Part shown: positions 20,109 to 28,573 of the stretch, piece by piece
Position numbering within the stretch: the stretch's first letter is position 1
Layout of the letters: each line of letters begins with the position of its first letter
Origin: an uncultured Candidatus Rokubacteria bacterium
Lineage (GTDB): Bacteria > Methylomirabilota > Methylomirabilia > Rokubacteriales > CSP1-6
Direction: 5' to 3'
Assembly: GCA_963762145.1 (NCBI GenBank)
Contig: CAVXJS010000010.1
Coordinates: forward strand, 1 to 64,000
DNA length: 64,000 nucleotides
Translations under genes and position numbers: made by a program
The notes under the pieces: model-generated
The model's input: only the letters and a program-made list of their open reading frames with translations
What the model was told of the DNA's origin: nothing
Databases searched by the model: none

Positions 20109-20134
20109 GGGCCTGGCCGCAGCGGGCCAGGCCC
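20109..20134. terminator. GC-rich hairpin downstream of the 20151 gene
   Basis: GGGCCTGGCC-6 nt-GGCCAGGCCC perfect 10-bp stem; no clear U-tract. Confidence 0.4.
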
Positions 20135-20150
20135 CGTCGCCGCGCTGGAC

Positions 20151-20552
20151 TCAGTGCTGCTTGATCTCGCGGACGTAGATCGTGTTGGCCACGACCGTGT
20201 TGGCCGAGATCTCGTCGGCATGGATCACCGACGCCACGACCTCGGGCGCCTTGACCTTTCCTTCAGCGTTCTTCACCTTCACGTCACGGCTCTGATGGAC
20301 CGCGCCACGCACCTCGTCGGCCTCGATCTTGTTGGCGTAGATGATGTTCGCGCGCACGACTCCGGCCTCGATCTCCGAGACCTGGAGAGTTTGAGCCGGC
20401 GCCGGGGTCGCCGGTGCCACGACGACAGGCGGAGCAGTGACCACCGGTGGCGTCCCGTCCATCCGGACGTGATTCGCGGAGACCGCCGCCACCGGCGCGA
20501 TGAGCGCGGCGGACCCCAGAACGATCGCGAGCATTCTTCTTCTCTTGTCCAT
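20151..20552 (-). CDS. Secreted hypothetical protein with 5-residue [IV]xAxx repeats
   Basis: Signal peptide, Pro-rich linker, two blocks of pentapeptide-period repeats; GGAGG RBS. Confidence 0.8.
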   Translation of the reverse strand: MDKRRRMLAIVLGSAALIAPVAAVSANHVRMDGTPPVVTAPPVVVAPATPAPAQTLQVSEIEAGVVRANIIYANKIEADEVRGAVHQSRDVKVKNAEGKVKAPEVVASVIHADEISANTVVANTIYVREIKQH

Positions 20553-20580
20553 TGGTGTGCACCTCCTCTCGCCTCTCTCC

Positions 20581-20596
20581 AGCAGCGGACGTGCCA
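20581..20596 (-). promoter_or_regulatory. Sigma-54 (-24/-12) promoter
   Basis: Minus strand TGGCACGTCCGCTGCT, GG-N10-GC, 28 nt upstream of the start at 20552. Confidence 0.7.
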
Positions 20597-20737
20597 GCCG
20601 GGGATCCCTCCGGAAAACGCGCGCTTCGGCAGATCTGGCGGCTCCCGGGTGTTCGCGCGGGGGAGTTCCTGCACGGTAAGGTGTTCGTGTCGCCGGGGGG
20701 GCGCCGCCTAAACCATTGAGAAAGCGTTCCTGTGGTC

Positions 20738-20753
20738 TGGAACGCGCCTTGCT
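20738..20753 (+). promoter_or_regulatory. Sigma-54 (-24/-12) promoter
   Basis: TGGAACGCGCCTTGCT; an IHF-like site (minus strand TCTCAATGGTTTA) lies at 20709-20721. Confidence 0.72.
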
Positions 20754-20804
20754 ACTTGGAAGGAGCGGGAAGTCAGATTATTGATGGGTCGAGGGAGGTG
20801 CATC

Positions 20805-21062
20805 ATGACGCGGAGACTTCGCTGGTTGATCGTGACGCCGGGATTGCTCGTGATGCTCGCGGCGAGCTCTGACCCGGCCGGCGCGGCCGACAAGACCAAG
20901 GTGGACCAGGCGACCCAGCGGGTCGAGCAGGGCGCCAAGCAGGTCGGTCAGGGCAAGGTCGGCCCCGGCGTGAAGGAGACGGCCAAGGGCATCGGCAACA
21001 CGGTCGTCGAGGGCGCCAAGTTCAGCGGCCAGACGATCAAGGACTTCTTCACGGGCAAGTAA
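20805..21062 (+). CDS. Small secreted amphipathic-helix protein
   Basis: Signal peptide ending AGA; G/K/Q-rich helical repeats; GGAGG RBS. Confidence 0.75.
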   Translation: MTRRLRWLIVTPGLLVMLAASSDPAGAADKTKVDQATQRVEQGAKQVGQGKVGPGVKETAKGIGNTVVEGAKFSGQTIKDFFTGK

Positions 21063-21069
21063 GACGCGA

Positions 21070-21098
21070 GCGGAGGGAGCCGTCCGGGCCCCCTCCGC
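21070..21098. terminator. Hairpin between convergent genes
   Basis: GCGGAGGG...CCCTCCGC 8-bp stem. Confidence 0.35.
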
Positions 21099-21110
21099 CC
21101 GCTCATCCGG

Positions 21111-22157
21111 TCAGGCTCGCGCTTCGAAGACCAGGTTGAACGGGGTCTCCGCCGCGCGCCGGAACCGGGTGAAGCCGGCCTTCGTGGCCACGTCCCTCAA
21201 GCGCGTCTCGCCCGCCTGGGCGCCGAGGGCCGTCCCGACTTCCTGGGACAGCGAGTTCGGCGTGCACAGCATCGTGGACGCGCCGTAGTAGAGGCGGCCG
21301 ACGGGGTTCAGGTTGTCCTCGAGGCGGTCGTGCGCGAAGGGCTCGACCAGCAGCCATGCGCCGTCGGGGCCGAGCGAGCCGCGCACGTGACGCCCCGCGC
21401 CCACCGGATCGCCCATGTCGTGCAGCGAGTCGAAGAACGCGACGAGGTCGTAGCCCGTGCCCGGGTAGTTGCTGGCGCTCGCGACCTCGAAGGTGACGCG
21501 ATCGCCGAGCCCTTCCCGCTTCGCGGCCGCGCGCGCCCACTCGACCGAGCCCTCGTGGTAGTCGAAGCCCACGAAGCGCGACGCGGGGAACGCCTTTGCC
21601 ATGAGAATCGTCGAGGAGCCGTGGCCGCAGCCCACGTCGGCCACCCGGCCGCCTTTCTCGAGCTTGGCCTGGACGCCCTCGAGCGCGGGGATCCACGTCG
21701 GCACGAGGTTGACGGCGTACCCCGGCCGGAAGAATCGCTCGGTCCCCTCGAACAGCGCCGAGTCGTGCTCGTGCCAGCCCATCCCCTTGCCGGTCCGGAA
21801 CGCATCCGTGATCCGCGGCTCCGACTTCACGGTGGCCTGCGCCAGCATGAACGCGCCCGGCAGGTCGGCGTCGAGGAGCGCGACGGCCTGCTCTTCCGAG
21901 AGGGAGAACTCCTCGGTGGTGCGCTCGTAGGTGACGTAGCCGCCGGCGGCCATCGCCGAGAGCCACTCGCGGATGTAGCGCTCGTGGGTGCCGGTCCGCT
22001 TGGCCAGGTCCGCGGGGGCGGTCGGCCCGAGCTCGCGCATTGCGCGGAAGAGCCCGAGCTTGTCGCCCGTGATCACGAGCGCGGCGTGGAAGTTGGCGCC
22101 GATGTCGACCACGGCGCGGCCGAGTAGCGCATTGAGCTTGTCTTGATCGATCGCCAT
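21111..22157 (-). CDS. Class I SAM-dependent methyltransferase with N-terminal wHTH (Rv2258c-like)
   Basis: GDKLGLF...ERYIREWL N-terminus; VADVGCGHG; FDSLHDM; LGAQAG. Confidence 0.92.
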   Translation of the reverse strand: MAIDQDKLNALLGRAVVDIGANFHAALVITGDKLGLFRAMRELGPTAPADLAKRTGTHERYIREWLSAMAAGGYVTYERTTEEFSLSEEQAVALLDADLPGAFMLAQATVKSEPRITDAFRTGKGMGWHEHDSALFEGTERFFRPGYAVNLVPTWIPALEGVQAKLEKGGRVADVGCGHGSSTILMAKAFPASRFVGFDYHEGSVEWARAAAKREGLGDRVTFEVASASNYPGTGYDLVAFFDSLHDMGDPVGAGRHVRGSLGPDGAWLLVEPFAHDRLEDNLNPVGRLYYGASTMLCTPNSLSQEVGTALGAQAGETRLRDVATKAGFTRFRRAAETPFNLVFEARA

Positions 22158-22213
22158 GTCGAGCCTCCTGTGTGGGAAATGGGTGAGCGCTTGGAGATCC
22201 TGCCGGGACGCCC

Positions 22214-22229
22214 AGCAACAGGAATGCCA
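22214..22229 (-). promoter_or_regulatory. Sigma-54 (-24/-12) promoter
   Basis: Minus strand TGGCATTCCTGTTGCT, near-perfect consensus, 56 nt upstream of the methyltransferase. Confidence 0.78.
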
Positions 22230-22329
22230 CGTGGCAACCGCATGGAAAGACTGAGCCGCGATGTCGCGGAGCGGGGCGCTCGGATGGCATCGTGCCCTCC
22301 GCGCGGGGCAGATTGCCCGAACCGGCCGG

Positions 22330-23346
22330 TCAGAAGGCGAGCGGGATCTCGCGCCCCTCGCGCAGCGAGCGCTCGGCCTCGACGCACACGATCACGCGCT
22401 TCCGCGCCTCCTCGCCCGACACGAGCGGCCGCCGCTCGCGGAACGCCGTCACGACCTGCGCGAGCTGCGCCTCCAGCTCGAAGAGCTCGCCGGACGCGGC
22501 CAGGCTGACGGTCTGGGCCTCGCCGCCGCGCCGCTTCACCTTCAGCTCGAACGCGGGCTGGCGCGTGCGGTCGAGCGTGCCCGACCACCAGGCGCGGATG
22601 GCCCCCTCGCGGCCGACCACCTCGGTCACGTGGTGGTACTCGAAGCCGGCCAGGGTCTCGGTGACGATCGCGTAGGCCCCGCCCCGGAATCGCAGGAGCG
22701 CGGTGAAGTTGTCCTCCATGCCGGGCTCCGGCCGCCGGCCGTTGCCGAGGGCCACGACCGACCGGGGATCGCCGTGTCCCTCGAGGTACCACATCAGGGA
22801 ATCGAAGGCGTGCACCGGCTCCTCGAGGATCCACGACCCCACCCGCGCCGGGTCGTGACGCCAGCCCTCGGCGCCCGGCCGGTACGGGAACCGAAAGAGC
22901 GTGTGGACCGCGTACATGGGCTCGCCGATCTCGCCCGCGTCGATGATCGCCTTCACGGTGCCCCACTGGGTCGAGAGCCGGAGCTCGTGGCCGATGCTGA
23001 GGATGCGGCCCGCGCGCCGGGCCGCCGCGAGGAGACGGTCGCACTGCGCGGCGGTGGCGGCCATCGGCTTCTCGAGCAGGACGTCCTTGCCCGCGTCGAG
23101 TGCGGCGACGCCGATCTCCTCGTGCAGGTGGTTGGGGACCACGATGTCGGCCACGTCCACGTCGGGGCGCGCGAGGAGCTCCCGGTAGTCGCGGTGCACC
23201 GGCACGTCGGGGAAGTCGCGGCGGGCGAGGGCCGCCGTCGCCTCGCTCCGGCAGGCGATCGCGGCGAGCGCCGCGCCGGGCGCCTTGCGAATCGCGGTCG
23301 CGTGGTGGCGGCCCCAGAGCCCGTAGCCGATCAGGCCGAAGCGCAT
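22330..23346 (-). CDS. Gfo/Idh/MocA family oxidoreductase
   Basis: GLIGYGLWG, PNHLH, VLLEKPM. Confidence 0.93.
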   Translation of the reverse strand: MRFGLIGYGLWGRHHATAIRKAPGAALAAIACRSEATAALARRDFPDVPVHRDYRELLARPDVDVADIVVPNHLHEEIGVAALDAGKDVLLEKPMAATAAQCDRLLAAARRAGRILSIGHELRLSTQWGTVKAIIDAGEIGEPMYAVHTLFRFPYRPGAEGWRHDPARVGSWILEEPVHAFDSLMWYLEGHGDPRSVVALGNGRRPEPGMEDNFTALLRFRGGAYAIVTETLAGFEYHHVTEVVGREGAIRAWWSGTLDRTRQPAFELKVKRRGGEAQTVSLAASGELFELEAQLAQVVTAFRERRPLVSGEEARKRVIVCVEAERSLREGREIPLAF

Positions 23347-23349
23347 GGG

Positions 23350-24240
23350 CTATCCTTTCACCGCGCCCGAGACCAGCCCGCGCACCACGTACTTCTGCAG
23401 GAGCAGGACAAGCACGAGCGTGGGCAGGAGGCCGAGCAGGCAGATCGCCATCATCAAGGTGAAGAACACGAAGTAGTCGGAGACGAGCCCGGCGAGGATC
23501 ACCGGCACCGTCATGGCCTCCGGGCGGTTGACCACGATGAGCGGGATCAGCAGCTCGTGCCACGAGATGATGAACAGGATGACCGCGCAGGCGGCGAGGC
23601 CCGGGGTCGAGAGTGGCAGGATCATGCGGAGGAACGCGGTGAAGCGCGTGCAGCCGTCGATCCGGGCGGCGTCCTCCAGCTCCCCGGGGAAGGACGCGAA
23701 GTACGGCACCAGGATCATGATCGCGTAGGGAATCAGGAAGCCGACCTCGGCCAGGATCACGCCGCTGAGCGAGTTCAGGAGTCCGTACGTCCGGAACAGG
23801 ACGTAGAGCGGGACCATGAGGACGATCAGCGGGACCATGCGGCTCATCGCGCTCATCTGCAGCAGCGTCTGCGTCCAGCGGACCTTGAGCCGGGCGATGG
23901 TGTAGGCCGACAGGCTGGCCAGGGCCAGCGCGATCAGGGTGACCGCGACGCCGACGATCAGGCTGTTGGCGAACGCGGCCGGGAAGCGCTCGACCGACTT
24001 GGGCAGGTAGGACACCTGCTCGAAGATCGGCCCGCGCTCGGCGCCCGCCGAGAGGATGAGCCGGAAGTTGGCGAGGGTGTACTCCCGCGGCAGGAGCGCC
24101 CGCGTGTCGCCCTGGAGCGTCTTCTCCGACTGGACGCTGGAGAGGACGAGGGGCACGAGCGGCGCGATCAGGAACGCGATCGCCACGAGGTTCGCGAGCC
24201 AGAGCGCCGCCCGCCGCGGCCACGCCAGACGCCGGCTCAC
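23350..24240 (-). CDS. Carbohydrate ABC transporter permease (MalG-like)
   Basis: ELEDAARIDGC EAA motif; GTG start overlapping the upstream stop. Confidence 0.9.
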   Translation of the reverse strand: MSRRLAWPRRAALWLANLVAIAFLIAPLVPLVLSSVQSEKTLQGDTRALLPREYTLANFRLILSAGAERGPIFEQVSYLPKSVERFPAAFANSLIVGVAVTLIALALASLSAYTIARLKVRWTQTLLQMSAMSRMVPLIVLMVPLYVLFRTYGLLNSLSGVILAEVGFLIPYAIMILVPYFASFPGELEDAARIDGCTRFTAFLRMILPLSTPGLAACAVILFIISWHELLIPLIVVNRPEAMTVPVILAGLVSDYFVFFTLMMAICLLGLLPTLVLVLLLQKYVVRGLVSGAVKG

Positions 24241-25154
24241 CACTCCACCCGCCGGTAGACGAAGCGCACGTAGAGGAGCGCGAATGCGCCGATGATCAGG
24301 GTGAGCCCCCACGCGGAGGCGGCGCCGAGGCCGATGTTGAACGGTGGCTGGAACGACATCTTGTAGGTGTACCAGGCCGCCACCCACGTGTCGTTGCCGG
24401 GTCCGCCCTGGGTGATGGCGAGGATCTCGTCGAACACCATGAAGGCGAACGTGGTGCGGAGGATCAGCGTCACCGCGATGATCGGGCGCAGGAGGGGCAG
24501 GGTGAGGCTCCAGAACGCGGCCCGGCCGGACGCGCCGTCCACCTCCGCCGCCTCGTAGAGCTCGCGCGGGATGCCCTGGAGCGCGGCGTGGTAGAGGAGG
24601 ATGTTGAACGGAGTGGTGCGCCAGACGTAGGCCGCGATCACCGCCGCCATCGCGTAGGTGGGGTGGCCGAGCCAGTTCACGTAGCCGTCGATGAGGCCCA
24701 GCGCCGACAGCACGCGGTTGAGATAGCCGTACTGGGCGTTGAGGATGAACGACCAGAGCAGCCCGTTCACGATCGGCGGCACCGCCCACGGGACCAGGAT
24801 CAGGACGCGGGTCACGCGCGAGAGCCACACCCGCTCCTCGTTCACGATGAGCGCGATGACGAGCGCGATCACCACCTCGAGGACCACCGACACCGCGACG
24901 AACACGAGGGTGTGCCGGAGCGAGAGCCAGAAGAGATCGTCGCGGACGAGGCGCGCGAAGTTGGCGAGGCCCGCGAACGGGAACTCCCCGGTGCGGAGCT
25001 GGCGCAGGCTCACCTCGTGCAGGGCGAGGTAGCCCGCGTAGACGATCGGGTAGGCCAGCACCAGCGCCAGGCACAGGACCGCCGGCGCGTTCATCAGCGC
25101 CGCCAGCCGCCCCGCCGACAGCTCGCCGCGCCGGAGCGCGGTTGCCGGGGTCAC
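24237..25154 (-). CDS. Carbohydrate ABC transporter permease (MalF-like)
   Basis: IPRELYEAAEVDGA, TQGGPG. Confidence 0.92.
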   Translation of the reverse strand: MTPATALRRGELSAGRLAALMNAPAVLCLALVLAYPIVYAGYLALHEVSLRQLRTGEFPFAGLANFARLVRDDLFWLSLRHTLVFVAVSVVLEVVIALVIALIVNEERVWLSRVTRVLILVPWAVPPIVNGLLWSFILNAQYGYLNRVLSALGLIDGYVNWLGHPTYAMAAVIAAYVWRTTPFNILLYHAALQGIPRELYEAAEVDGASGRAAFWSLTLPLLRPIIAVTLILRTTFAFMVFDEILAITQGGPGNDTWVAAWYTYKMSFQPPFNIGLGAASAWGLTLIIGAFALLYVRFVYRRVEW

Positions 25155-25161
25155 CGGGAGA

Positions 25162-26520
25162 TCAGGCGCTCTTGGCCTTCGCGATCGCGGCGACCATGTT
25201 GTCGCACGCCTGGTCGGGCGTGATCTTGCCCTGCAGGCACGCGGTCAGCTCCACGTTCATCGCGTCGCTCCAGCGCGGGTACCACTTCTGGGAGACCGCC
25301 GGCACCACGTCGGAGAAGTTGGACGCCCGCTTCCAGACGTCGAGGACCGTCGGCACGTCGTTCCACTTGGCCCAGCCCTGCTTCAGGAGGTCGCTGTCCA
25401 TCACCGACTGGTAGCCGCTGCCCAGCATGGCGTCGGTGGCCAGGCGATTGGCCTGCGTGTACTGCCCATCCTTGGTGCGGCCGCCCAGGTACTGGAGCAG
25501 CTTCCAGGCCCACTCCTGGTTCTTGGTCGCGCTCGGCAGGATGTAGAGCATCGTGTAGCCGATGGTCTTGCCGTCGCCCGGGTGCCCGACGATGCGGCCC
25601 TTGCCCGCGATCGGGGAGTTGGCCGCGTCGTTCACCAGGCTGATGTAGTAGTGGTGGAGCGTGCCCAGGTAGACGTGCTGGCCGGCGTTGAACGCCTTCA
25701 CCGCGGGGATGAAGCGGAGGTTGAGGGAGTTGGGATCCGCCAGCTCCTCCTTGAAGGTGTTCTGCCACCACGTGAGGGTCTCGCGCGCGATGGAGCCGGG
25801 CCCGAGCTGCGGCGCCATCTGCTTGTCGAAGATCACGCCGCCGCGGTTGTGGGTCATGCTGAACCAGGTCGCCGGGAGCTGCTCGAAGCCCGCGCCCGCC
25901 ACCCAGAGGATCGGATACTTGCTGACCCCGTCCTTCTTGGCCTTGCGGGCCTGCTCGAGCAGCTCGGGATAGCTCTTGAACGGCTTGCCCTTGAAGCCGG
26001 CCTTGGCGAGCAGCTCGTCGTTGTACATGAAGACCCACACCGTGGAGAAGTAGGGCAGGCCCCAGGTCTTGCCGTCGCGCTGGGCGATGGCCTTCGTGAA
26101 CGGGGTGAAGTCCTTCACGTACTGGTCCACGCCGGGCAGCCCGTCGATGGGCGTGGCGATGCCCTGGTCGATGTAGCTCGCCAGGTACTGCATGGGCGAC
26201 TGCGAGACGTCGACCGTATCGCCGGCCGCGTACATCGCGGTGAGCTTCGCCACCTGGGGCTCGACGTTCGGCTCGATGATCTGGTTGACCTTGACCGACC
26301 AGTCCTGCTCGAACTGCCGGGCGATCTGCTCGTAGATCTTGCCGTATTGCCAGACCACGAAGGTGACGCTCGCCGGGTTTCCGCCGGGCCGGGCGGCCCA
26401 CGGGCCGGGCTGCTGCGCGCCGAGGGTCCCCGGCAGCATCGACAGGCCGGCCGCGGCGGCGGAAGTGCGAAGAAATTTCCGGCGATCGAAGGGGGCGGGC
26501 GAGAACGGTGATGTGGCCAT
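25162..26520 (-). CDS. Sugar ABC transporter substrate-binding protein, Tat signal
   Basis: DRRKFL leader; DGKTWGLP; heads the permease operon. Confidence 0.9.
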   Translation of the reverse strand: MATSPFSPAPFDRRKFLRTSAAAAGLSMLPGTLGAQQPGPWAARPGGNPASVTFVVWQYGKIYEQIARQFEQDWSVKVNQIIEPNVEPQVAKLTAMYAAGDTVDVSQSPMQYLASYIDQGIATPIDGLPGVDQYVKDFTPFTKAIAQRDGKTWGLPYFSTVWVFMYNDELLAKAGFKGKPFKSYPELLEQARKAKKDGVSKYPILWVAGAGFEQLPATWFSMTHNRGGVIFDKQMAPQLGPGSIARETLTWWQNTFKEELADPNSLNLRFIPAVKAFNAGQHVYLGTLHHYYISLVNDAANSPIAGKGRIVGHPGDGKTIGYTMLYILPSATKNQEWAWKLLQYLGGRTKDGQYTQANRLATDAMLGSGYQSVMDSDLLKQGWAKWNDVPTVLDVWKRASNFSDVVPAVSQKWYPRWSDAMNVELTACLQGKITPDQACDNMVAAIAKAKSA

Positions 26521-26656
26521 GGCTGCCTCCCGAGCAGGAGGTTCACTCCGGCGCTACGTGGGCGCGTGAAGGATAGGCGAAGCGGGTCGGCTCCCGCAAG
26601 GCCCGGGCGCCGCGCCTCGGGACGCGGAGTATACTGCCGCCAAGGAGGACACAATC

Positions 26657-27187
26657 ATGGCCCCCAGAGGGTTCTCCCACATCGGCCTCTCGACACTGGA
26701 CCTGGACCGGACGCGCGACTTCTACGAGCGGGTGCTCGGGTTCAAGGCGGTGCGCTGCGACATTCTCAAGGTCAAGGAAGGCGGGCAGATCCGCCACATC
26801 TTCTTCGATACCGGGCACGATCAGCTCATCGCCTTCATGGAAGCCAGCGGCGTGCCGGGCATCCCGACGCAGTACGACGCGGGGATCAACCAGGGGCTCG
26901 GGGTGCCGGGCGTGTTCTATCACTTCGCGTTCGAGGCGGGCTCCGAGGCGGCCCTGGACGAGAAGCGGGGCGAGCTGCTCGCCAAGGGCGTCCAGGTCAC
27001 CGAGGTGGTGGACCACGACTGGGCCAAGTCCATCTACTTCAAGGACCCGAACGGGCTGCAGCTCGAGTTCTGCTGCTACACCCGCAACCTGAACGCGGAC
27101 GATGCGCGGATGCAGCATCGCGCCGAGATCTCGGTGCGCCGTCTGGGGCTGGAGGATCCGGTCGCGCTGAGCGCCTCGACGCGCTAG
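26657..27187 (+). CDS. VOC/glyoxalase family protein
   Basis: FSHIGL...DFYERVLG...YHFAF...SIYFKDPNGLQLE. Confidence 0.92.
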   Translation: MAPRGFSHIGLSTLDLDRTRDFYERVLGFKAVRCDILKVKEGGQIRHIFFDTGHDQLIAFMEASGVPGIPTQYDAGINQGLGVPGVFYHFAFEAGSEAALDEKRGELLAKGVQVTEVVDHDWAKSIYFKDPNGLQLEFCCYTRNLNADDARMQHRAEISVRRLGLEDPVALSASTR

Positions 27188-27200
27188 CCGAGCCCTGTCG

Positions 27201-28148
27201 ATGACGCACGTTCTCTATGTCGTGTCGCGCGAGCAGCCCTTGCTGAGCGGGTATCTCCGGACCACCATGGGCGCTCGATCCGCCGACGGGGGCTCCGTGG
27301 AGATCAAGGTGGACGAGCGGCGAGCCGAGCGCCGGCGGTCACCGGATATCCGCGACCCCGAGCGCCGCCGGGCCGAGCGGCGATCGCAGCCCAACCTGGA
27401 TGAGGAGCTCCGCGCTCGTGGCTACGCCACCGCCGTCCGATCCGCGGCGGGCTCACCGGGGACGGCGTTCTCCATGCCGACGCCGCGGACCCGGCGCCGG
27501 CGGCTCGGCTGGCTGGAGCGCGCATCCCGGGCTGGGTGGCGGAGCCCCCTCTGGTGGGGAGTGGCGGTCATTCTCCTCGCGGTGCTGGGTACCGGCCTCG
27601 TCGTGGCCCGGTCCATCGACTGGGCGGCGGGTCGACGAATCGCTGCTCCGTCATCGCCGGCCCGGTCATCGCCAGCCCCGTCATCGCCGGCTCCGTCACG
27701 GTCGGCTGCCCCGTCGATCTCTCCATCGACGCCGGCGCCACAGGTCTCTCCGCGGATCGAGAGGCCTTCGCCTCCCCCGCCCGCGTTGAAAGTGGAACCC
27801 GTCGCACCGGGTATCCCCGCGCCGCCGCCATCGAGGCGAGCGCGAAGCGTCAGCATGCGGTCCACCGGTGTCGTGCTGTCGGTCGACGCGAAGGCCAGAA
27901 CGCTCCTCGTCGAGGACAGGGGAGTCGTCGGCGACACCGCACGTCTGCGGATCGAGGTGGCGCCCGACGCTCGCGTCGTGCTGTCCGTCCGGGACGACCA
28001 GGCCGAGGACGTCACCCGCCCCTTCAAGGACACCGTGATCGATCTCGCCGAGGTCAGGCGGGGCGACTACGTCGTCGTCGAAAGACGGGGACCGGAGGGC
28101 CAGGAGCTGGCGAGCTCGGTGGTGGTGACCCTGCGCCCGACCCAGTAG
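27201..28148 (+). CDS. Hypothetical bitopic membrane protein (Arg-rich ERR domain, TM, Pro-rich linker, C-terminal OB-like domain)
   Basis: DERRAERRR...ERRRAERR; one TM; PSSPA repeats; GVVLSVDAKARTL...VRRGDYVVV. Confidence 0.75.
   Translation: MTHVLYVVSREQPLLSGYLRTTMGARSADGGSVEIKVDERRAERRRSPDIRDPERRRAERRSQPNLDEELRARGYATAVRSAAGSPGTAFSMPTPRTRRRRLGWLERASRAGWRSPLWWGVAVILLAVLGTGLVVARSIDWAAGRRIAAPSSPARSSPAPSSPAPSRSAAPSISPSTPAPQVSPRIERPSPPPPALKVEPVAPGIPAPPPSRRARSVSMRSTGVVLSVDAKARTLLVEDRGVVGDTARLRIEVAPDARVVLSVRDDQAEDVTRPFKDTVIDLAEVRRGDYVVVERRGPEGQELASSVVVTLRPTQ
27648..27707 (+). repeat. 15-bp in-frame tandem repeat x4
   Basis: ccgtcatcgccggcc / cggtcatcgccagcc / ccgtcatcgccggct / ccgtcacggtcggct. 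Confidence 0.8.
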
Positions 28149-28244
28149 CGGCGGGTGACCGCGGACCACTACCGATGGTGGCCGGCGGGAGGGTTTTTTG
28201 TTGCATGTTCTGGGCGGTCTTGACGTGAAGATATACCGCAAGCC

Positions 28245-28373
28245 ATGCGCTTCCTCTGGGCTTACCTGCTGGTGGGGATCGTGTTTGCCTTCGGATTCCT
28301 GTGCGCGTCCGCGTTCCTGGCCGAAGACCAGGCCAAGCCTTCGCGTACTCGACCAGCCGGCAGAGCGCGTTGA
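28245..28373 (+). CDS. 42-aa single-TM small protein (not in ORF track)
   Basis: MRFLWAYLLVGIVFAFGFLCASAFLAEDQAKPSRTRPAGRAR; TATACC 7 nt upstream; the 3' end runs into the displaced helicase fragment. Confidence 0.4.
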   Translation: MRFLWAYLLVGIVFAFGFLCASAFLAEDQAKPSRTRPAGRAR

Positions 28374-28410
28374 CCAGCTCCATCTCCTCGATCGACTGAC
28401 AGCGGGCTTC
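28342..28410 (-). repeat. Displaced 69-bp copy of the 3' end of the TM0106 nuclease-helicase gene (direct repeat with 30299..30367)
   Basis: 64/69 identical; encodes EARCQSIEEMELVNALCRLVEYA versus EARCQSIEEMQLVNALCRLVEYA. Confidence 0.92.
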
Positions 28411-28516
28411 GGCCGGGGACGACCAGGGCCGATTCCTGTCAGCCCGCTGACAGTCCCCGGACGATCTCGCATCGGCTGATCGGCTCGTTCGCTTTTCTCC
28501 ACTGGTAGTTAGGCAT

Positions 28517-28532
28517 TGGCTTGGCCCTTGCT
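28517..28532 (+). promoter_or_regulatory. Sigma-54 (-24/-12) promoter
   Basis: TGGCTTGGCCCTTGCT, GG-N10-GC, 41 nt upstream of the M48 gene. Confidence 0.65.
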
Positions 28533-28573
28533 GTTTCCTCCATCGACCCACCTCGTCGGATGGAGGACCCGTC

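Noticed and set aside
7386-26520. Sugar ABC clusters lacking an ATPase gene
   Set aside because: Shared MsiK/MsmX-type ATPases acting in trans are well known for CUT1 systems.
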